From assembly GCA_034667685.1 (NCBI GenBank), contig JAXDQU010000012.1, positions 11,770-75,769 of the forward strand: DNA of 64,000 nucleotides. The letters are read 5' to 3'. Positions 28,352 through 37,996 of the stretch are shown here, in pieces (position 1 is the stretch's first letter; every line of letters starts with the position of its first letter). The translations under genes and the position numbers were made by a program. The stretch comes from Thermoplasmata archaeon. Its GTDB lineage: Archaea > Thermoplasmatota > SW-10-69-26 > JACQPN01 > JAJPHT01. The notes below the pieces were generated by a model. It saw only the letters and a list, made by a program, of their open reading frames with translations, was not told the DNA's origin and did not search any database.

Positions 28352-29322
28352 GCGCCCCCGTCCCGGGCGCCGAGGGCGAGGCGGGCGACGCGCGCTTCCA
28401 GCGCGAGGTCGCGCACCGCGTCTTCGCGGCCGAGTTCAACCAGTCGAAGTTCTCCTACAAGGAGAGCGGCGACCGCAGCCCCACGTTCGTCGTCTCGCCC
28501 TACGGCGCGAAGGTCAACCGCCTCTTCCTCGTGGGCGTCCTCACGAGCGTCGAGACCAGCGGCGCCACCGGCACCAACTACCGCGGCCAGATCGTCGACC
28601 CCACCGGGCTCGTGACCATCTGGGCCGGGCAGTACGAGCCCGAGGCGATGGCGCAGCTCGCGGAGATCCACCCGCCGGCCGTCGTCGCGGTCGTGGGCAA
28701 GGGGCGCACGCGCGAGCCCGAGCCCGGCGTCACGTACGTGAGCATCCGCCCCGAGAGCATCCATCAGGTCGACAAGGCCGACCGCGACGCCTGGATCCTC
28801 GACACGGCGCGGCAGAGCCTCCAGCGCCTCGACGCCATGCGCGAGGCGCAGAAGATGGAGACGCCCACGCCCAAGGCGCTCGAGGACCTCGGCTTCCCCC
28901 AGGACGTCGCCGAGGGCGTCTGCAAGGCCATCGAGCACTACGGCAAGGCCGACCTCGCGCGCTACGCCGCGCTCGTGCGCGACGCGCTGGAGAGCCTGCT
29001 CCCGGGCGGCGCCGAGAAGATGGCCGCGGTCCCGGAGTTCGCGCCGGCGGCGCCGCGGAGCGGCGCGGCCCCCCCGCCCCAGCGCCAGCCCTCGCCCCAG
29101 CCCGTCCCGCAGCCGAAGGCGCCCGAGGCCAACGCCCACGAGGACGCCGTGCTGGCGCTCTGCGAGAAGCTGGACGACGGCAAGGGCGCCCCGTGGGAGG
29201 ACGTCGTCGCCGAGGCCGCCAAGAAGGGCATCGGCGAGGCCGCCGTCGAGGAGTGCCTCAACGCGCTCATGGACAAGGGCCAGATCTACGAGCCGGTGCT
29301 CGGCCGCCTGAAGCGCACGTGA
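28348..29322 (+). CDS. RPA-associated protein (RPA32-like OB fold + C-terminal winged helix)
   Basis: REVAHRVFAAEF, GAKVNRLFLVGVLT, DPTG..AGQY.PEA, SIRPE, LMDKGQIYEP. Confidence 0.9.
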   Translation: MSAPVPGAEGEAGDARFQREVAHRVFAAEFNQSKFSYKESGDRSPTFVVSPYGAKVNRLFLVGVLTSVETSGATGTNYRGQIVDPTGLVTIWAGQYEPEAMAQLAEIHPPAVVAVVGKGRTREPEPGVTYVSIRPESIHQVDKADRDAWILDTARQSLQRLDAMREAQKMETPTPKALEDLGFPQDVAEGVCKAIEHYGKADLARYAALVRDALESLLPGGAEKMAAVPEFAPAAPRSGAAPPPQRQPSPQPVPQPKAPEANAHEDAVLALCEKLDDGKGAPWEDVVAEAAKKGIGEAAVEECLNALMDKGQIYEPVLGRLKRT

Positions 29323-29609
29323 GGTGATCGCACGAAGCGACCTCACATGGTCCACGAGCGCGCCGAGAGGCCCCGCAAGCCGCGCGCGAGATAGGGCGGG
29401 CGCGCATCGAAGCGCGCGGGCGTGGCCGTCACGCCGCTGGCGGGCTTGCCCCCCAGACCCCCCATTTGGCGCTCGGCAATCGAGATTCCACGCCAACGAC
29501 CGCTTGCAGAGCGGTGTCCGTTCCGTGATGTCTCGTCATCGCGCCGCGCCCTCCAACCCGCGCCTGGCATATGGCGCTTCGGGCACTCGGCTCACACGAA
29601 GAGCGACGG

Positions 29610-29700
29610 CCGACGCCTCCGGATTCGCCGGCTGGCCGCGGGCGCGCTCCGCGCGGAAAGCATGGAATCTCGGAATCCCGCCTTTCCCGCCGGAGGCGGC
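29610..29700. repeat. Degenerate copy of the 8-nt-unit element at 17196..17291
   Basis: Shares ggaatctcggaatc units and the terminal ccgccggaggcggc; more 8-nt-like units at about 29465-29595. Confidence 0.6.
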
Positions 29701-29780
29701 GCAGACCATCGTGATCCAGTGCCGGAAGCTCCGGCCCCGCGAGGAGCGAACGCTCAAATCCCAGGGCGCCCTCGCCGCGT

Positions 29781-29854
29781 TCGCCGCGATGACGTGGGAT
29801 CAACCACCTGAGGTCAGCAACCGGTGATGGATTACCGTTTTTCAGCTGAGCGGC
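29781..29854 (+). ncRNA. Probable box C/D guide sRNA
   Basis: Box C-like GCGATGA 29786, D' CTGA 29808, C' GTGATGG 29824, D CTGA 29846; terminal stem and internal ggt/acc stem; TATA-like ctcaaat about 25 nt upstream. Confidence 0.7.
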
Positions 29855-29870
29855 TTTGCTATCAATACGA

Positions 29871-29996
29871 ACCGTTCCCGTTCTCGTTCACGTTCACGGC
29901 GTTCGTTCCACGTTCACGTTGCACGTTCCGCGTTCGTGCAACGTGCAACGACAACGTGAACGTGGAACGACGCCCGAGAACGTGAACGAGAACGGT
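29871..29996. repeat. Palindromic element of 6-nt CGTTCA/TGAACG units, copy 1
   Basis: (cgttcN)n left arm, (Ngaacg)n right arm; shares tgcaacgacaacgtgaacgtg with 32860..32983. Confidence 0.92.
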
Positions 29997-30007
29997 GGAC
30001 GCCCGCC

Positions 30008-31603
30008 TCATTCTTCTGGCGCGACGTACTCGACGACGTACTTCGCGCGGCTGGCGCGGAACGCGAGCCAGAGGCGCACGAGGACGATGATGAGGATCGC
30101 CAGGCCGATGACGAGCACGACGTAGGAGGCGGGGTTCGTCACGATGAACTGGTTGAAGGCGCCCAGCACGCGCGCGCTGTGGAACTGCTGGCCGGCCTGG
30201 CCCACGTCGACGGTGGCGGCGGGCGAGGGGACCTGGAGCGTGAGGCTCGCGCTCACGGGCGGGCCCTCGCGGAACGTGGCGCGGAAGGTGACGCGGTGCG
30301 CGCCGGCGGCCTGCTCGGCGTTGTCGAGCGTGACGCGCCAGGCGGCGCTGGGCGGGACGGCGATGGGCGGCGCGCCGTCGACCTGGTAGGTGAAGGTGAC
30401 GGGCTCGCTCCAGCCGGGGCCGGTGGCGAGCAGGCCGGTCACGACGACGGGGCGCAGCCACGGGTAGAGCGCGCCGGGGCTCGTGATCGTGAGGCTGGGC
30501 GGCTTGCCGAAGGCGAAGGGGCTCACGTCGAGCGCGAGGAGGCTCGTGCCGTTGGCCGTGTGGAGGGCCATGTAGGCCGTGGTGCCGGCGAGGTAGGGCG
30601 CGCCGATGAGCGCGAGGTCGCCGCTGACGTGCGTCGTGGTGCCGGTCGTGACGTTGCGCGCGACGAGCTGCGCGTACGAGGCGTCGTGCACGACCTGGAG
30701 CATGCGGTCGTCGGAGAGCGGCGTGGGCGCGGCGTCCTGCAGGTGGATCGAGGTCTCCATCGGCTGGCCCGCGGAGGCGTCGTAGCGCGCCAGCGTCCAC
30801 GTGTAGTCGAGGTACTGGTCGAGGAAGTAGACGCCGCGGCCGTTGGTGAACGGCGCGCCCTGGATGCGGCTGTCGGCCGTGACCTGGAAGACGCCCGTGC
30901 CGTTGGGCGAGACGTCCGCGCCCATGACGTCCCAGACGTCGAAGCGGAACGTGCGGAAGTAGACGTCATGCCCCACCACGAGCGGGTCCTGCGCCTTGTC
31001 GGTGGTGACGTAGACGGGGAACGTCGTGTCGTTGGCGAAGTCGTACGCGAAGATGCGCGTCGTGCCGTTCGCCTCGTCCTCGTAGGCCACGAGCGTCCCG
31101 TCGATGCTCGGGTTGGCGTGGTTGCGCCCGCCGCGCGTCACCTGGCGCAGCTCGCCCGTCGCCAGGTCGTAGGACCAGATCTGGCCGCTCTCGCGCGGAC
31201 GGTACTCCTCCCAGACGACGGTCGTGCCGCTGATGGCCGGGTTGCGCTGGATCGCGGTGCCGTTGCCCAGGTAGAAGCCGCTGCCCGCGCCCACGTTGTA
31301 GGCGTAGATGCGGCCACGCGCCGCGTCCTCCCAGACGAGCCAGTCGCCGCTGCCGAAGATCTGGCGCGGCTGCTGCTTGCCGATGGGCGTCGAGGACGAC
31401 TGGCCGTAGAGCCACGTCCCGTCGAAGAACGAGAGGTAGGGCACCTTGCCCGGGCCCGTGTAGCCCGCGGTCGGAGGCGCCAGCTCGGACTCCTGCGTGG
31501 CCGTGCCGCCCGGCGGAGGCGAGGGCGCGATGACGTGCGCGCCGGCCACCGGGGCCATCACGAGCAGGGCCACGAGCAGGCCCAGGGCAAGCTGTCGGGA
31601 CAC
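30008..31603 (-). CDS. Membrane-anchored surface protein with TolB-like beta-propeller repeats and Ig-like domain
   Basis: Signal peptide; NPAISGTTVVWEE and NPSIDGTLVAYED repeats; C-terminal TM helix. Confidence 0.8.
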   Translation of the reverse strand: MSRQLALGLLVALLVMAPVAGAHVIAPSPPPGGTATQESELAPPTAGYTGPGKVPYLSFFDGTWLYGQSSSTPIGKQQPRQIFGSGDWLVWEDAARGRIYAYNVGAGSGFYLGNGTAIQRNPAISGTTVVWEEYRPRESGQIWSYDLATGELRQVTRGGRNHANPSIDGTLVAYEDEANGTTRIFAYDFANDTTFPVYVTTDKAQDPLVVGHDVYFRTFRFDVWDVMGADVSPNGTGVFQVTADSRIQGAPFTNGRGVYFLDQYLDYTWTLARYDASAGQPMETSIHLQDAAPTPLSDDRMLQVVHDASYAQLVARNVTTGTTTHVSGDLALIGAPYLAGTTAYMALHTANGTSLLALDVSPFAFGKPPSLTITSPGALYPWLRPVVVTGLLATGPGWSEPVTFTYQVDGAPPIAVPPSAAWRVTLDNAEQAAGAHRVTFRATFREGPPVSASLTLQVPSPAATVDVGQAGQQFHSARVLGAFNQFIVTNPASYVVLVIGLAILIIVLVRLWLAFRASRAKYVVEYVAPEE

Positions 31604-31649
31604 CGGAGCGCCCCTCCCTTGGAGCGGATATAAGACTTGTTGTGCACCC

Positions 31650-32810
<1,161 letters not shown>

Positions 32811-32859
32811 GCGCCGGGCATCCCGCGCGCCGGGCATGAAGGCATCCTTGAGCGCGCGT

Positions 32860-32983
32860 CGTTCACGTTCACGTTCTCGTTCACGGAAATCGTTGCGCGT
32901 TCACGTTCCACGTTTCTCGTGCAACCTGCAACGACAACGTGAACGTGCAACGTTGTCCGTGAACGAGAACGTGAACGTGAACG
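32860..32983. repeat. Palindromic element of 6-nt units, copy 2
   Basis: 32860-32887 is the exact 28-bp reverse complement of 32956-32983. Confidence 0.95.
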
Positions 32984-33050
32984 GTTCTTGTCCAAGTTGA
33001 GATGGTGCGTACAACAAGCAGCAAAGAGGACCGCCTGGGAGCGCGGTTGC

Positions 33051-33164
33051 ATGCACCCCGACATCCCCCGCAGCAACCTGGCCGGCTTCGCGCAGACCAC
33101 CGCGGTCCTGGCGTTCCTGGCGAACAAGAACCTCGCCGTGGGCGGCGGCTACGCCCTCCGCTGA
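33051..33164 (+). CDS. Possible 37-aa small ORF
   Basis: MHPDIPRSNLAGFAQTTAVLAFLANKNLAVGGGYALR; all sense codons end in G/C; followed by a hairpin at 33166-33198. Confidence 0.4.
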   Translation: MHPDIPRSNLAGFAQTTAVLAFLANKNLAVGGGYALR

Positions 33165-33218
33165 GGGCGCCGACGAACCCGCAGGTTCGTTGAGCGTCGT
33201 CCGCTGAATTCCCCTTCA

Positions 33219-33362
33219 CGATTCTGGTTGGTCACTCCGGCTCGCGCGCTGGTTCGCTCCGCGCGCGGGTCGTTCCTCCGGACTGCATCCCCGGAGGACA
33301 GGTTCGCAAGATTGGTCCCAGCCCCCGCGCGCGTTCGCTCGCGCTCGGGGGAATCAGAACCG
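33219..33362. other. Multi-hairpin structured segment (candidate ncRNA or composite repeat)
   Basis: Closing helix cgattctggtt/aatcagaaccg encloses three hairpins; GTTCGC recurs in loops. Confidence 0.45.
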
Positions 33363-34220
33363 CAAGAAGAGTGCGGAGCTCGGAGGCGCGTGGCGTCGCC
33401 GCGTGATCCGGCCGGTCCGTGCCTCTTGCGAGGCCGCCCGCTTTCCCGCGACACGGGGGCGCTACGGGCGTTCTCCCGGGGCGTGGGGCCCCGAGGCGGC
33501 CGGCCGCGACCCCGTTGCCGGGGCCGGGACCTTCACCGATCGCGATGGGCTGGCCAGCCCGCGTGCGATCCCCCGCCGTCCACGTCGTGCACGTGGCGGG
33601 GCCGCCGGGGCTTGCGCCGCCGGCGTGGCGCCACGACCCCGTCAGGCCGTGGCTGGGCAGCAGACTCCACACGTCCAGCTGCATGGCGCAGGCGCGTGGC
33701 GCGCTTGCGCTTCGGTCCGATCTTCGGCCCCGAGGCCGCGGGTGGTGTCCGGGCTGGTTCGGGGCGTTGCGGCGGATCGTCCTGCGTGTCCTTGCGGACG
33801 CGCGGGCGAGGATGCCCGTGAGGGCGTCCCGGTCCCGGGGGCGACCCGGAGCCGCGGCCGTCGCTTTCGCTTCGGCCGTGCTGGGCGGTCTCGTGAGCTC
33901 ATGTCGCGCAAGGCGACGACGAGTGTCGCGACCGTCACGATCCACGGCCGCGCGCGCCGGATCCCTTGCGGGTCCCGTCTCGCGCAGCCGCGCGTTCTGC
34001 GCCTCCAAGGCGCATGCCTCACTACACGCGCGCCATGCAAATCGTTGTCGGCGGCAGGTTCTAAATAAGTCGAAACCGCGCAGCAAGGCTTGATAGCACG
34101 GGCGCTTCGCCTAAAGGGCAAAGCCTCATGCATCGTGTGTTTCCGCTGCGCGGTTTGCATCCTCGGCATCCAAAGTTGCAGAAGTTGTAGCGTTTCTTCC
34201 GATGGAGCCGGTGCATTGGG

Positions 34221-34658
34221 TCATGACGCTTCGAGGATGCGCTTCAGTTGCGCGAGATCCTTCTGGTTGGCGCGGCGCATCGCGGCCGCCATCATGGGCG
34301 CCGCGACCTTGGAGAAGCCGCGCGGCTCGCCGCGGTTGCGCAGGCTCATCCGCGTCGCGCCCGGGCCGGCATCGGACCAGGCGTACGTCGTCTCCATCGG
34401 GAAGGGCCCCTCCGCGGTGCGCATCACGAGGCGCTCGCCCGGCACGAGCTCCACGACCTCGTAGGTGTAGGCCAGCGTACGGCCCAGGAAGCGCGCCTCG
34501 AACGCAACGCGCGATCCGACGCGCAGCGGGCGCTCGGTCTCCCACGTCGCGCCGCGGATGTTGGCGTACCACGTGGGCGCGTTCGACGGATCGGCGGCGT
34601 ACGCGGCGACCGCCTCGCGCGGCCGCGCGATCACCGTCTCGGTGAGCACGTCGACCAT
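34221..34658 (-). CDS. SRPBCC family protein
   Basis: VAAYAADPSNAPTWY, EGPFPMETTY, RANQKDLAQLKRILE. Confidence 0.9.
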   Translation of the reverse strand: MVDVLTETVIARPREAVAAYAADPSNAPTWYANIRGATWETERPLRVGSRVAFEARFLGRTLAYTYEVVELVPGERLVMRTAEGPFPMETTYAWSDAGPGATRMSLRNRGEPRGFSKVAAPMMAAAMRRANQKDLAQLKRILEAS

Positions 34659-34665
34659 GCGCGCC

Positions 34666-35073
34666 TCAGATCTTCGCCAGCTCGCGGTGCGTCTTCACGA
34701 CGCTCTCCACCGCGCTGCGCCCCACGTCCACGCGCGCCTCGGCCTGCAGGCGCGACATGCCGGGCCCGGTGATGGCGAGGCCGACCGGCTTCTCGAACTC
34801 GACGGCGAGGTCCGCGGCCTTGCGGCTGCTGTGCCCCGCGACGATCTGGTCGTGCCCCGTCTCGCCCTGGATGACGCAGCCGATGACGACGACGGCATCC
34901 ACGTCCTTGCGCTTCAGGAGCTTCTTGATCGGAAGGCTGGTGTCGAACACGCCGGCCGTCCACACGACGGGGCCGTTCTCCTCACCGAGGAACTCGGCGT
35001 GCGCCTTGGCGCGCTCCAGCATCCGGCTCGTGATATCATAGTTGAACTCGGCGACCACGTATGCGATCCTCAT
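34666..35073 (-). CDS. ribH: 6,7-dimethyl-8-ribityllumazine synthase
   Basis: VVAEFNYDIT, IGCVIQGETGHD, KPVGLAITGPGM. Confidence 0.95.
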   Translation of the reverse strand: MRIAYVVAEFNYDITSRMLERAKAHAEFLGEENGPVVWTAGVFDTSLPIKKLLKRKDVDAVVVIGCVIQGETGHDQIVAGHSSRKAADLAVEFEKPVGLAITGPGMSRLQAEARVDVGRSAVESVVKTHRELAKI

Positions 35074-35074
35074 G

Positions 35075-35653
35075 TCAATGCTTCCCCACGTTGGAGCCTG
35101 AGAACTTGCTGCCCGTCTCGCTGCGCGCGCCCACGCCCGGACCCTTGGACGCCGCGTGGCGCGCCTCGAACGGATTGACGCCCGGCCGCAGCGCCTCCGC
35201 GCCGCCCACGTCGGCATAGCCTTGGCGCTGCCCCGTCCCCGCGCGCGGCGTGAGCGCCGTGGGGCCCTTGAGCAGGGCGAGCGCATTGAGCGCGTGCTCG
35301 CTGGCGCGGTTCGCGCAGAGCGCCTCCAATTCCTTCGGAGACTTGGCCTCGTCGAGGTGCACGAAGACCTCCACGATGTGCCGGCCCGCGCCGACCTGCG
35401 CCCACTGGAGGCCCATGCTCGCGACGTGCGCGCTCTGCTTGTCCACGGCCTCGGGGCCGGGCATGCCGCACGCGACCACGATCTCGCAGCCCGCGTCGAA
35501 GAGACGCTTGCACGCGACGGCCAGGTCCTTGATGCCGGGCACCGTGTAGCGCTCGATGCGGAGGCCCGTCGCGTTCGCCTGGAGCGTGCGCACGACGATG
35601 CCGCCCATGTCCACGCTCGCGAACGTCGTGTCGACGACGCCCACCTTCGTCAT
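35075..35653 (-). CDS. ribC: Archaeal riboflavin synthase
   Basis: VGVVDTTFA.VDMG, YTVPGIKDL, GMPG, IVEVFVHLDE, AGTGQRQG. Confidence 0.95.
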   Translation of the reverse strand: MTKVGVVDTTFASVDMGGIVVRTLQANATGLRIERYTVPGIKDLAVACKRLFDAGCEIVVACGMPGPEAVDKQSAHVASMGLQWAQVGAGRHIVEVFVHLDEAKSPKELEALCANRASEHALNALALLKGPTALTPRAGTGQRQGYADVGGAEALRPGVNPFEARHAASKGPGVGARSETGSKFSGSNVGKH

Positions 35654-36111
35654 GGCGCGTCCTCCGTCGCGCGCGGATCGTAGAGCTCCAGGATGCGCTT
35701 CACGATCTTGCGCGTGCCGTTGAGGTCGTGCTCGTCGAAACGCGGGCAGCGCGCCACCTCGATGTGGCCCATCCCACGTTTTGATAGCTCGGCGCGGAGC
35801 TGGTCCGCCTGGTGATAGTCGTCGTAGCCCAGCGCGATCACGTCGGGCTTCACGGCCGCGACCGTCGCGTACTGGTCGACCGGGCTCCCGAGGATCGCGC
35901 TGTCGACCGGCTTGAGCGCCGCCACCAGCGCGAGACGCTGCTCCTGGGGCACGATGGGCTGGTGCTTCCGCTTCGCCACCATGACGTCCGTCGCCACGAC
36001 CACGACAAGCTCGTCCCCCATCTTCTTCGCCTCCGAGAGATAGTGCACGTGGCCCAGATGCAGCAAGTCAAAGACTCCCGCTGCCATCACCCGCTTGGCC
36101 ATTGCATTCAC
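35650..36111 (-). CDS. ribL: Archaeal FAD synthetase
   Basis: VMAAGVFDLLHLGH (HxGH), KPDVIALGYD; in rib operon. Confidence 0.9.
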   Translation of the reverse strand: MNAMAKRVMAAGVFDLLHLGHVHYLSEAKKMGDELVVVVATDVMVAKRKHQPIVPQEQRLALVAALKPVDSAILGSPVDQYATVAAVKPDVIALGYDDYHQADQLRAELSKRGMGHIEVARCPRFDEHDLNGTRKIVKRILELYDPRATEDAP

Positions 36112-36800
36112 GCACGGGGCGCGGCGGCATCAAGCTTGACCCACGCGGCGATGACGTCCTTGCCTTCGACGAGGACGCCCTCGTGCTGCGCGGCCCACGC
36201 GCGCGCCTCGGCGACGCGCCGGGCCTTGCCGTCGTCCGCGAGCATCTCGGCGCCCACCACCACGGGCGTGACGCCGGCCAGACGCGCGAGCGCGACCGCG
36301 ATCTCGGTATGCCCCTGGCGCTGGTGGAGGAGCTTCTCGGCGCCCACGCAGAGGTGGACGTGCCCCGGCGCGCGGAACGCCTTGCCGAACGCCTCGACGT
36401 CGGGGCTGCGCGCGAGCCTGCCGAACTCGGAGACGGTCAGCGCGCGGTCGTCGTCCGTGATGCCGGTGAAGGTCTTCCGGTGGTTGATCGTCAGCGAGAA
36501 GCTGCTGCGCGTGTCGTACTTGATATCGTTCGGGATGAGCCGCCTGAGCACCGGGTGGCGCGCGGCGTCCTCGGCGTAGAGATCCTGCAGGAAGGGAAGC
36601 TCCAGCGCGGCGCCCACGCGCGGGTCGACGGCGAGGAAGACGAGCCCGCCCGCGTCCTGGCGGAGCATGCGGATCTGGCGGGGCGTGGCCGTCTCCGCGG
36701 CGAAGAAGAGGTCGACCTCCTCCTCGCGGCCGTCGGCGTCGTAGATCAGGACGGGACGGCCGGCGCGGAGGTTCGCGCAGGCCTGATCGAGGGGGGACAC
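36108..36800 (-). CDS. ribB: 3,4-dihydroxy-2-butanone 4-phosphate synthase
   Basis: IYDADGREEEVD, INHRKTFTGITD.DRALT, FRAPGHV, RQGHTE. Confidence 0.95.
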   Translation of the reverse strand: MSPLDQACANLRAGRPVLIYDADGREEEVDLFFAAETATPRQIRMLRQDAGGLVFLAVDPRVGAALELPFLQDLYAEDAARHPVLRRLIPNDIKYDTRSSFSLTINHRKTFTGITDDDRALTVSEFGRLARSPDVEAFGKAFRAPGHVHLCVGAEKLLHQRQGHTEIAVALARLAGVTPVVVGAEMLADDGKARRVAEARAWAAQHEGVLVEGKDVIAAWVKLDAAAPRA

Positions 36801-36829
36801 AAGGGGGCCACCCCGAGACAAGGAATCAA

Positions 36830-36849
36830 GCTTGGGTAGCTACCCAAGC
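36830..36849. promoter_or_regulatory. Perfect 20-bp palindrome upstream of ribB (operator or terminator)
   Basis: gcttgggtagctacccaagc is self-complementary; 30-49 nt upstream of the ribB start and just after the rps17e stop. Confidence 0.5.
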
Positions 36850-36854
36850 GGGAG

Positions 36855-37049
36855 TTACATCACGTCCTGCTGCTGGCGGTAGCGGGTGACGTACCCCGCG
36901 ACGCGGTTGCGCATGGCCTTGCCCTGGATGTCGGCCAGCTCGTCGACGGCCTTCTTGTTGTGCTCGAAGTCGGGCGTGAACTTCTCGGGGAAGCGCTCGA
37001 CGAGCTCGATCGCGACGCGCTTGATGTAGGTGGGACGGATGTTGCCCAT
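36855..37049 (-). CDS. rps17e: 30S ribosomal protein eS17
   Basis: [31 protein letters not shown]. Confidence 0.97.
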   Translation of the reverse strand: MGNIRPTYIKRVAIELVERFPEKFTPDFEHNKKAVDELADIQGKAMRNRVAGYVTRYRQQQDVM

Positions 37050-37167
37050 GGTGTCATCTCATCCAGGGGGCCGAGGCCCTGGCCTTCCCGCCGCAGAACG
37101 TCCGCGGCAGGCGCTCCTGGATACGCGGGCAAGCCCGCCCCCCCTCATGAAGCCTGCGGGCGGAGCC

Positions 37168-37929
37168 TCAGGGCAGGAGCGTGGCGCCCGCCCCGGGCGT
37201 GGGGTGCGGAGTGGCCGCCGCCGCGCCGGAGCTCGCGCAGGCCAGCTTGGTCTCCTGGCCGGACACGAACAGCGAAGCCTGGGAGCCATCCGACCCGTCC
37301 GGGCAGGTGGCGCTGTACACCTGGAGTCCCGAGCAGGAGGGGTTGACGAGGCTGACGTGGGCGCATGCTCCCCCGACGTCGCCGCTGGGGTTGGCACCGG
37401 CGCACGCGCTGCCCACGTTGAACGCCGTCTCGTAGCCGCAGACGCCGGCGAAGTCGTTGCTGGGGCAGACGACGTCCCGCCACGCCACCGACGTGCTCCC
37501 TTCCACTTCCCACCAGAGGCCAGCGCACCCTTGGTAGACGCCCGGCGAGAGGCACCAGAATGGGAAGCTGGTGGGCTCGTTGTTGGCCCCGACGCACGGT
37601 CCGGTCGTGGTGCCCGGTCCGTTCTGGACGAACGCGTACGGCGTCAGCCCCTGGGAGGCGCACCCGGCGCCCGCCCGCGTCTCCGTCCCTGCGGAGGCGA
37701 CGAGGCCGCAGGTGAAGGAGCCGCCTGCGTTCGCCTGCGGCGCCACGGTGCTGCTGATCGCATAGTCGAGGTGCACGGTGTCCGCGTTCGTGGTGCCCGG
37801 CGCGGCGGCATCGGCGCCGACGCAAAGCTCGCCGCTTCCGACGCAAAGCGAGGCGGCACCCACGGAGGGGACGAGCACGAGGAGCGGGACGAGGAGCATG
37901 CTGACGAGAAGCCTCCGGTTGACGCACAT
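37168..37929 (-). CDS. Secreted Cys-rich hypothetical protein
   Basis: Signal peptide ending VGA; many regularly spaced Cys; Gly/Ser/Thr rich. Confidence 0.7.
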   Translation of the reverse strand: MCVNRRLLVSMLLVPLLVLVPSVGAASLCVGSGELCVGADAAAPGTTNADTVHLDYAISSTVAPQANAGGSFTCGLVASAGTETRAGAGCASQGLTPYAFVQNGPGTTTGPCVGANNEPTSFPFWCLSPGVYQGCAGLWWEVEGSTSVAWRDVVCPSNDFAGVCGYETAFNVGSACAGANPSGDVGGACAHVSLVNPSCSGLQVYSATCPDGSDGSQASLFVSGQETKLACASSGAAAATPHPTPGAGATLLP

Positions 37930-37996
37930 CGAAGCGGCCAGCGGCGGTGGAGGCGATAAACCATGCGCCAAAGTGAGAGGTTTCCTCCAGTCGCTG

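Noticed and set aside
33120-33164. ANKNLAVGGGYAL resembles a tmRNA tag
   Set aside because: No tRNA-Ala-like ends, no terminal AA, and tmRNA is not expected in archaea
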